From: a virus
Taxonomy: Duplodnaviria > Heunggongvirae > Uroviricota > Caudoviricetes
DNA length: 40,041 bases
Reading direction: 5' to 3' (one strand)
IMG/VR virus record: IMGVR_UViG_2778261296_000006
The position numbers and the translations under genes are program-made. The notes beneath the pieces are model-generated. The model was not told where the DNA came from, did not search any database, and saw only the letters and a list, made by a program, of their open reading frames with translations. Positions 28,240 through 34,298 of the stretch are shown piece by piece. The stretch's first letter is position 1. Every line of letters begins with the position of its first letter.

Positions 28240-28476
28240 TTACGATTTATCCATTCCCAGGGGATTAGGGTGAATTCCACTTACATGCCAGAACGCATGC
28301 TCTCTATTCAACTGATTTCCCTTTGGTATCAGGAAGCCATACGTCCCAGATTTAAAAGTGGCATGAGCGCAGATTAGACTTTCTCCTTCAAAGCTATACT
28401 CAGTCCCTTCAGGGATTAGAGAGTCAGTCTTGATCAGGTGAACAGTTCCGTTGATAGGGATCATGTAATGGTGCAT
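28240..28476 (-). CDS. hypothetical small protein (78 aa) inserted between methyltransferase remnants
   Basis: ATG at 28476 with GAGGAG RBS 8 nt upstream and a TATAAT hexamer further upstream. AT-rich by eye. No family recognised. Confidence 0.4.
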   Translation of the reverse strand: MHHYMIPINGTVHLIKTDSLIPEGTEYSFEGESLICAHATFKSGTYGFLIPKGNQLNREHAFWHVSGIHPNPLGMDKS

Positions 28477-28576
28477 TTTAGGCTCCTCGTGTTGTGAAGA
28501 GCCTAATTATATCAGGTTTGAATCTACGTCATTGAAGTAGCAGGATTTGTTACACCATGTTCTGAAACTCGGACAT

Positions 28577-28758
28577 TAAGCTGCGATCTCTTTCTGCTGA
28601 CAAAGCTCCGGTAAATTAGCCCTCACCAGTGCCTCGGCGAATGGCGGCGGAACTGCGTTGCCACAACGCGCAACCTGCTTGTCCTTCGCGTACTTCTGCC
28701 CCCGATAGTCCTGATCGATGATGTACCACTCCGGGAAGCCCTGCCAGTTTGGCGTTGT
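28577..28758 (-). pseudogene. 3' remnant of a C5-cytosine DNA methyltransferase gene (copy B, ~60 codons, no start)
   Basis: An open frame without a start codon translates to ...NWQGFPEWYIIDQDYRGQKYAKDKQVARCGNAVPPPFAEALVRANLPELCQQKEIAA-stop. QGFP and GNAV are the conserved C-terminal motifs of Dcm-type methyltransferases. Confidence 0.5.
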
Positions 28759-28817
28759 TCAACCCTGGGTTGTTGCGCAGGGCTGCCAGCACCTGCTCAC
28801 GGATTGTTATGTTCATG

Positions 28818-29507
28818 TCACACCATCCCGTTCGACTTGTTGCGGTTGTACTTGGCCAGCAGCAGCTGGATCGGCGTCGGCCCTTGCTCGGCAGCTGGTG
28901 CGGCAATAGCCCGGCGTACCGGCGGCACTGGCTTACCCTCGGTGACGCGCCTTTCCCACATGTCCAGCAGATCGCCTGCCTCGCGTGCCAGTTCACCATG
29001 CGTTAACTGGCGCTCGGTGCTGCGGTGGCGCAATTCTACGCAAATGTGGTACATGACCGGCTGCGACCATGGAAATTGCTCGCTGGAGATGAATTCGAAC
29101 GAGCGGTTACGCCAGTCCCAGTATTCGGCGATCACCTGGTCAACGTTGACGCCCAGCGCGCCGCCGCTCTGCTTGCACCAGGCGACGAACTGGCCCGGCG
29201 ACGGCAGGAATGGGCGCTCCTGGCGGCGGGCAATGCGCATGCCGGCATCGACCTGAGCCATGGTGTGGATCCCGTTCTCCTGAAACGCCAGCAGCCACTG
29301 ACGGCGGAATTCGTTCAGGTCTTCCTGGGTGCGGAAGTTCGCCATGCTGGCCGGGAACGCGGCGCGCAGCTCGTTGAACAGCTTGTTGAATACCTGCGCC
29401 ACCTGCTCGACCGGCGCGCACTCCTGGTACTGCTCTGGCAGGTTATGGGCCATGCGGCTCATCTGCTCGCGGTCGTGGTTACGCATCTGCTCTGCAAGAG
29501 ATTTCAT
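28818..29507 (-). CDS. P: replication protein P (DnaB helicase loader, lambda P-like)
   Basis: Near-colinear similarity to lambda P as I recall it (...FDREQM.R.A.N.PEQY......VAQ......FPAS.AN.......RRQW.LAF.ENGI.TM.QV.AGMR.ARRQ.RPFLPSPGQFVAWC...). ATGA overlap with the O stop. Confidence 0.85.
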   Translation of the reverse strand: MKSLAEQMRNHDREQMSRMAHNLPEQYQECAPVEQVAQVFNKLFNELRAAFPASMANFRTQEDLNEFRRQWLLAFQENGIHTMAQVDAGMRIARRQERPFLPSPGQFVAWCKQSGGALGVNVDQVIAEYWDWRNRSFEFISSEQFPWSQPVMYHICVELRHRSTERQLTHGELAREAGDLLDMWERRVTEGKPVPPVRRAIAAPAAEQGPTPIQLLLAKYNRNKSNGMV

Positions 29508-30412
29508 CGGATCACCCCATAGGCCCAGTCAGTGTTGTTGAAGTCCAGATCTGGCTTGACAGCGCGCTGCTCACCTCCGGCGTTACGCTGCATTGTCAGC
29601 TTGTCCCACTGCTTACGCAGGCTTTCGGGACTCAGGATGTTGGTCTGCCAGAAGTGGTGTTTGCTAGCCCAGTCATACAGCGCGCAGATGTCCTGGTGCG
29701 ACCGGTTGTCTATCTGGCGCATCAGGCGAACAGTGTTAGACCAGGAGGTCATGTCCGGGGCTTTGCAGGTTGGGTTAATCAGCTTCACCCTGGAGGAAAT
29801 CCACTTAGCTGTCTCGAGGTCTTCAGCAGAGCCCCACTTCGCACCGGATGGTGTGTAGACCGCAGCTTCAGGATGAGTTGATAAAAATTTCTTCAGACGT
29901 GCGTCAGAGGATTCGTCAGAATTCTCGGACGAAGATCTTTTAATACTGTTCTTGTTCTTGTATTGGGTGTCTACCGTTTTCGGGAAGGTTATTCCTGATT
30001 TCGGGAAGGATTTTCCCGTTTTCGGGAATTTTCTTCCCGTTTCCGGTTTGTCTAAAATCCATGCTGAAAGGTCAGTGTTTACACCGACGATTTTCATCAT
30101 GCCCTGCTTCTGTGAAAAGATGATTTTGCGTTCTGCGAGAGACTTAAGCGCGTCCGATACATGCGTATCGCTCAGGCCCGTAAGCTCGGCAATAACCGTA
30201 TTTGTCACGCGGTCCTGTTTCTTGTTCCAGCCGTAGGTAAGCCAGATCACCGCCTCAAAACATTGCCATTCCCGGCCTGACAGTCTCAGGCGAGGCTTAA
30301 GCTGTTGGATCTCGTTAGCGACCTTGGTATACCCGTTCGACAGGTCGGCCATACGACCTCCCGGTTGTTCGGTTTTATTTGGGAAATTGATTATTTCAGC
30401 GGTGTTTGACAT
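29504..30412 (-). CDS. O: replication initiator O-like protein
   Basis: Start at ATG 30412 with GGAGAA RBS. N-terminal region resembles the lambda O N-terminal DNA-binding domain. Iteron-like repeats lie inside the gene. Immediately upstream of P. Confidence 0.7.
   Translation of the reverse strand: MSNTAEIINFPNKTEQPGGRMADLSNGYTKVANEIQQLKPRLRLSGREWQCFEAVIWLTYGWNKKQDRVTNTVIAELTGLSDTHVSDALKSLAERKIIFSQKQGMMKIVGVNTDLSAWILDKPETGRKFPKTGKSFPKSGITFPKTVDTQYKNKNSIKRSSSENSDESSDARLKKFLSTHPEAAVYTPSGAKWGSAEDLETAKWISSRVKLINPTCKAPDMTSWSNTVRLMRQIDNRSHQDICALYDWASKHHFWQTNILSPESLRKQWDKLTMQRNAGGEQRAVKPDLDFNNTDWAYGVIR
29975..30047. repeat. iteron array (putative replication origin) within the O gene
   Basis: Repeated TTTTCGGGAA / TTCCCG units with local dyad symmetry (CGGGAAGGATTTTCCCG, CGGGAATTTTCTTCCCG) at 29977-30046, with an adjacent AT-rich stretch at 29941-29970 that carries a TTCTTG direct repeat. 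Confidence 0.5.
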
Positions 30413-30496
30413 ACTGTTCTCCGCAATTACGCACTGTTTTTGCACCTGAAAGCCGTTGGTGTTCGAGCACCGCGGCTTTCGCCATTTTTGAACCGG

Positions 30497-31036
30497 TCAT
30501 ATAGCCCCCAGCATAATCTGCACCATTTCCATCAACGGACCGGTTAACCCAGGGTCAACGCGATACATCTCCACGATCCCCTCGCTCAACTCTTTCAGCT
30601 TCTGATGACGTGGCGCATCCATTGCGACAGCAATCTTCGCTTCGCTGGTTTCCTTCTCCAGCCTTGCCAGACGAGCCATTACGTTGTCTTCTGGTAGCAG
30701 ACGATTGCGGTATTCAATCGGCAGGACAGCGAGGATTGCCGGCGTCAGCTGGCGGACGTTCTCGCGGTACCGTTCGCTGTTGAAATGGTTATCCAGGAAG
30801 CGGAACAGCTTCTGCCGGGCACGGCTGTGATCTGCCGGAAAGTCGATACCTTCGCCACCTATCCGGTGCCACTCTTCAACGATCAGGGCCGTTACAACGT
30901 CCTGCCCGGCTACTGCTGACCAGGCGCGAACAGCATCACGGAGGGCACCACAACTGACGCCCGGTTTTGGTTGAGCGCGATTTATCAGCGCTGCTGAAAT
31001 GAACCCGTTACTCTGTTGATACGTAAGTGATTGCAT
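30497..31036 (-). CDS. YdaT / CII-like regulatory protein (putative)
   Basis: 179-aa ORF immediately downstream of the cro-like gene and upstream of O, i.e. the cII/ydaT position of lambdoid and Rac-like prophages. Confidence 0.4.
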   Translation of the reverse strand: MQSLTYQQSNGFISAALINRAQPKPGVSCGALRDAVRAWSAVAGQDVVTALIVEEWHRIGGEGIDFPADHSRARQKLFRFLDNHFNSERYRENVRQLTPAILAVLPIEYRNRLLPEDNVMARLARLEKETSEAKIAVAMDAPRHQKLKELSEGIVEMYRVDPGLTGPLMEMVQIMLGAI

Positions 31037-31047
31037 AGTTACATTCC

Positions 31048-31266
31048 TTACTTTGGTAAACCGTCACTTGGGTTTGGATAGAGATCAGGGCGCAGCTCGT
31101 GTGGAGTTACGCCGGTAGCCGCGTAGATTTGAAGGACCCGATCAGCAGGCACCACGCCCTGGTACCGGTTTTTCCAGCGGCTGACCGACATCGGCTTGAT
31201 GCCCAGCATGGTTGCGAGATTTGTTGCAGTGCCAGCGGACTTAATGGCTTTCGTTAACCCGTTCAT
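31048..31266 (-). CDS. Cro / YdaS-like HTH regulator
   Basis: Start at ATG 31266 with GGAGAC RBS. 72 aa, MNGLTKAIKSAGTATNLATMLGIKPMSVSRWKNR... is an HTH-type sequence. Divergent from the repressor gene across the operator region. Confidence 0.6.
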   Translation of the reverse strand: MNGLTKAIKSAGTATNLATMLGIKPMSVSRWKNRYQGVVPADRVLQIYAATGVTPHELRPDLYPNPSDGLPK

Positions 31267-31294
31267 CGTTGTCTCCGATTTGAATACAATCAAA

Positions 31295-31336
31295 TTAAGC
31301 CTGAGACTTAATTTATTGTCAAGCCTGAGGCGAATT
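31295..31336. promoter_or_regulatory. OR-like operator/promoter region (divergent PR/PRM)
   Basis: 17-mer TTAAGCCTGAGACTTAA at 31295-31311 and related GTCAAGCCTGAGG at 31318-31330. A TTGACA hexamer on the minus strand (31322-31317) overlaps the sites and points toward the cro-like gene. Confidence 0.5.
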
Positions 31337-31370
31337 TTCAAGTTTAAGAAAAAGGCTTATTCTTCTAACC

Positions 31371-31757
31371 ATGAAAGAGAAAACCGTACTTAATCCGATA
31401 CTTGTCGAACGCCTTTCAGAGCTGAACGGGCGCGGTATGACCAAATCCGATATGGCCAGGGTTGCTGGGGTAACCCCGCAGTCTGTGAACGGCTGGTTTA
31501 AAAAAGGCGTGATCAGCAAGAAATCAGCTCTCGCTGTCGCTGACGCAGCTGGCGTGTCTGTGCCTTGGTTACTCGGTGAGGATGTCGGCGAGAAGGACGG
31601 ACTTAAGCCGGACGAACAGCGCCTGCTTGAGCTCTACCGCCAGCTGCCAGAAGAAGAGCAACAGAACATGCTCCGCATCTTTTCGATACGTCTTAAGGAA
31701 CTGGATGAGCTGTATGAGAAGTACATGAAGGGGCGGATTCGCTCGCAGGGGGACTGA
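31371..31757 (+). CDS. cI-like prophage repressor (HTH; no S24 peptidase domain)
   Basis: 128 aa. N-terminal HTH (MTKSDMARVAGVTPQSVNGWFKKGVISKKSALAVADAAGVSVPWLLGED), then a short helical C-terminal region. Too short to carry a LexA-like autocleavage domain. Divergent from the cro-like gene. Confidence 0.6.
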   Translation: MKEKTVLNPILVERLSELNGRGMTKSDMARVAGVTPQSVNGWFKKGVISKKSALAVADAAGVSVPWLLGEDVGEKDGLKPDEQRLLELYRQLPEEEQQNMLRIFSIRLKELDELYEKYMKGRIRSQGD

Positions 31758-31842
31758 ATCGCTTTAGGTTTGTCCTGAATTTTTAGTTCCCATGAGACAA
31801 TGATGTCTTTACTGGGGGGTGATTCCGCCATTTATGTTAGAT

Positions 31843-31870
31843 TGAAAAAAACTATCAATTTAATTAATAT
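31843..31870 (+). promoter_or_regulatory. sigma70-like promoter of the immunity-region cargo gene
   Basis: TTGAAA (31843-31848), 16-bp spacer, TAATAT (31865-31870), about 28 nt upstream of the cargo ATG. Confidence 0.45.
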
Positions 31871-31898
31871 TTATCACTACTACACGGGATGTTTTGCA

Positions 31899-33203
31899 AT
31901 GACAGCTGAGATTGTTGTAATAAATAATACTGGAATCGCCCTTGCTGCTGACTCTGCAGTCACCACAGAGCATAATAGATTAGTAAAAATAAATAATAGT
32001 GCGGAAAAACTATTCGAACTATCTAAACACCATCCCGTGGGGATCATGATTTATAATAATGCGACACTGGGTGGCGCACCGTGGGAACTTATAATTAAAT
32101 CCTATAGAAAACAATTGGGGAAAACTAGTTTCCCTACCATTAAAGAATATGTTAATGACTTTGTAAAATTCATCAATGGTAACTCAGACCTTATAACAAA
32201 TGAAATGAGAGAGGCTTGCGTTATAAACCTTGTTGTTGATAACCTCAAAGGTTTGATGAGATACATTAATGATAATAATGTAGTAAACTATTTAACAATG
32301 AACCCCGCCGTTGAACTCGACAATGTTATTTTTCAAAACATAGTTAAGCAAGCCTTTGATTTAGAGATAGAAATCTTAAGGAATAATCTCTTTTTCGAAG
32401 GGTTTGATACAGAAGAGTTTAATGATGCTTTAGCATATATACAAGATTTAATATCGCCATACATTTCATCAATTATTGTTCTTGATAACTGTGAAAATAT
32501 ACAGCAAGAGCTTATGGAAAAAGTCATATTATATTCCACTTGTTTAATTTTCAAAGTCCATGCTAGTCGTACATATTCAGGGATTGTTATAACAGGTTAT
32601 GGAGAGGAAGAATATTACCCTTCCATTTGCACTCTTCATATCTACGGCATTTTTAAAAACAAATTGATGATCCATAATATTAATGATAAATCCCATAATA
32701 AGGTAACCAATATGGGGTTTGTTATACCATTTGCTCAAGAAGATGAAGTAGTAACTTTCATTGATGGGTGCAACCCTAACATCATTAATTTTAACAGAAC
32801 TCTTACAGAGGAAGTTTTTGATCGGCTTAATCATTATGTTTCTAGCAATATTTTCCCTGCAATGAACAATGGAGTACTAGCCAATCACTTCTCCAGTGAA
32901 ATTGAGGAACTCAAAAACGTACTTTTACAAGATCACGATACTAAACTTGAAAGCTATATTGTTAATAACCATACAAATAAAATGATATCGATGTTGCAAT
33001 CACTTGGGAAGGCAGATCTTGCGTATATGGCCGAATCATTAGTGAACATCACTGCATTCAAAAGAAAAGTATCACATGATTATGAAACTGTCGGTGGGCC
33101 TGTTGATGTCGCTGTGATATCAAAAGTTGATGGATTTGTTTGGGTAAATCGTAAACACTACTTCCCTAAAGAGCTAAACTCTAACTACTTTAATCGTCAA
33201 TAA
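31899..33203 (+). CDS. AT-rich cargo protein of unknown function; candidate defence protein with Ntn-hydrolase-like N-terminus
   Basis: 434-aa ORF (MTAEIVVINNTGIALAADSAVTT...), strongly AT-rich versus flanking genes. Lies between the repressor gene and OL/PL with its own promoter and terminator. Start chosen at ATG 31899 because the upstream in-frame extension overlaps the promoter. Confidence 0.5.
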   Translation: MTAEIVVINNTGIALAADSAVTTEHNRLVKINNSAEKLFELSKHHPVGIMIYNNATLGGAPWELIIKSYRKQLGKTSFPTIKEYVNDFVKFINGNSDLITNEMREACVINLVVDNLKGLMRYINDNNVVNYLTMNPAVELDNVIFQNIVKQAFDLEIEILRNNLFFEGFDTEEFNDALAYIQDLISPYISSIIVLDNCENIQQELMEKVILYSTCLIFKVHASRTYSGIVITGYGEEEYYPSICTLHIYGIFKNKLMIHNINDKSHNKVTNMGFVIPFAQEDEVVTFIDGCNPNIINFNRTLTEEVFDRLNHYVSSNIFPAMNNGVLANHFSSEIEELKNVLLQDHDTKLESYIVNNHTNKMISMLQSLGKADLAYMAESLVNITAFKRKVSHDYETVGGPVDVAVISKVDGFVWVNRKHYFPKELNSNYFNRQ

Positions 33204-33220
33204 CACATAAGGAGATATTA

Positions 33221-33325
33221 ATGTCTATAAAGCAAGCTCTCAATAACGCTTATAAAATCATTGTAAATCAAAAATTTGGTAATAAAGAACAGCAGCACTC
33301 GCCGAAAGGATTTAACCAGCAGTAA
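33221..33325 (+). CDS. small basic protein (34 aa) co-transcribed with the cargo gene
   Basis: ATG at 33221 with AAGGAG 6 nt upstream. MSIKQALNNAYKIIVNQKFGNKEQQHSPKGFNQQ. Stop immediately followed by a terminator. Not in the supplied ORF track. Confidence 0.3.
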   Translation: MSIKQALNNAYKIIVNQKFGNKEQQHSPKGFNQQ

Positions 33326-33327
33326 TG

Positions 33328-33357
33328 AAAAAACCCGGCCACAGCGCCGGGTTTTTT
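33328..33357. terminator. strong rho-independent terminator (bidirectional form)
   Basis: AAAAAACCCGGC-CACAGC-GCCGGGTTTTTT: perfect 6-bp GC stem extended by A/T pairs, T6 tail. Confidence 0.65.
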
Positions 33358-33403
33358 ACACCCTCACCCACCATCTCAGCCGCCAACACCCAGCCACGAA
33401 GTC

Positions 33404-33437
33404 CCCGATCTCGACCTTAGCGTCGGGATTTTTTTTG
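33404..33437 (+). terminator. second terminator-like hairpin with T8 tract
   Basis: CCCGATCTCGAC-CTTAGC-GTCGGG followed by ATTTTTTTT. Confidence 0.4.
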
Positions 33438-33461
33438 CCTGCAATTCGGTGAACATCACGA

Positions 33462-33527
33462 TTAAGCCTGAAACTTACAATCACATTTCGCCTGGAGCTT
33501 GACATGATTTAAGTCTCAGGCTTAATA
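33462..33527 (+). promoter_or_regulatory. OL/PL-like operator-promoter
   Basis: Operator-like 17-mers TTAAGCCTGAAACTTAC (33462-33478) and TTAAGTCTCAGGCTTAA (33509-33525, reverse complement of the OR 17-mer) bracket and overlap TTGACA (33499-33504), 17-bp spacer, TAATAT (33522-33527). Confidence 0.5.
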
Positions 33528-33779
33528 TGCAATCACCAAGACGCACCACGAACCACCCAGGCATGGAGCCCACGAAGTAGCCGTCCGGGGCATACGAAGA
33601 CCGGAATGAGGTGGTGAGATTAACGCGCAGTAGGTTTGAAACGTTCCGCCAGCCTGGCGACAAGGGCAAAGCACAGAGTGAGCTTCGCGGTGGTGAATTG
33701 CAGAGTTAAAACGCTCAACCGTGAAGATCAGCGCCGCGGCACCACCAGCGAAGTTCACTCAGAAAAACTGGAGAACATC

Positions 33780-33986
33780 ATGGTTCATCAGCACTACGGT
33801 ACACAGACAGTAAACCGCGGCGCAGTTCAGCCGGGGATGCTCGTCAAACACAAAGACTCAACCTGGACGGCATCAGCTAACGCTCGCGGACGTTTGTATC
33901 TGCATCGCGGCGTAGAAATGACTTACACCAAGGATTTGCTGGTTGAAGTTTATCTGAACGGTCTGGGGCATGGACTCAGCCACTAG
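33780..33986 (+). CDS. small early protein (KilR-like position; hypothetical)
   Basis: ATG at 33780 with GGAGAA RBS. 68 aa. First gene of the PL operon, before the Zn-ribbon and recE-like genes. KilR assignment is positional only. Confidence 0.3.
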   Translation: MVHQHYGTQTVNRGAVQPGMLVKHKDSTWTASANARGRLYLHRGVEMTYTKDLLVEVYLNGLGHGLSH

Positions 33987-33997
33987 CGGAGGATGTC

Positions 33998-34159
33998 ATG
34001 TTAGACAAGAAATGCGGATATTGCGGCAAGCCGGTTAAAACGGAGGAAGTAATCAAGAGCACCCTTCTCTATCGCAACGGCTCACAGCTGGCGCGCAAAG
34101 AAAAAGAGTATTGCTCCAAACGTTGCGCTTCGCACGACCAGATGGCTCACGAAGGCTAA
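33998..34159 (+). CDS. small zinc-ribbon protein (YdaE-like position)
   Basis: 53 aa, MLDKKCGYCGKPVKTEEV...EYCSKRCASHDQMAHEG, with CxxC...CxxxC. Below the 60-aa ORF-track cutoff. Confidence 0.4.
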   Translation: MLDKKCGYCGKPVKTEEVIKSTLLYRNGSQLARKEKEYCSKRCASHDQMAHEG

Positions 34160-34298
34160 CGTAAAACCCGCGCAAGGCGGGATTCACGTCCGGTGCCACC
34201 GACCAAAGTTACACCGGAATTTATACCAAACCAAAAAACATCCAATGGGCGCTATCTCTGGCCCGGGGATTCTAACACTCAAAAAAGAGGATCTCACA

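Noticed and set aside
28616-28999. 127-aa minus-strand ORF overlapping the 3' end of P
   Set aside because: Its upstream part is an alternative frame of P, and its downstream part is an out-of-frame read through the methyltransferase remnant. At most a chimeric 66-codon ORF starting 4 nt after the P stop.
30440-30496. Nested hairpin (GAAAGCCG...CGGCTTTC) between the YdaT-like and O genes as a tR1-type terminator
   Set aside because: The T-run lies on the plus strand, whereas transcription here is on the minus strand. Could be an RNA structure or nut-like element, but there is no supporting boxA/boxB pattern.
31800-31898. N-terminal extension of the cargo ORF as listed in the ORF track (start at 31800)
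   Set aside because: The extension overlaps the TTGAAA-16-TAATAT promoter and is not preceded by an RBS. ATG 31899 has a plausible RBS and gives the Thr2 N-terminus.
33636-33779. Arg-rich N-terminal extension (TTG start at 33636) of the first PL-operon gene, considered as a possible N-like antiterminator arm
   Set aside because: TTG start without an RBS, whereas the in-frame ATG at 33780 has a GGAGAA RBS. The Arg-richness may simply reflect GC-rich leader sequence. Not excluded, but unsupported.
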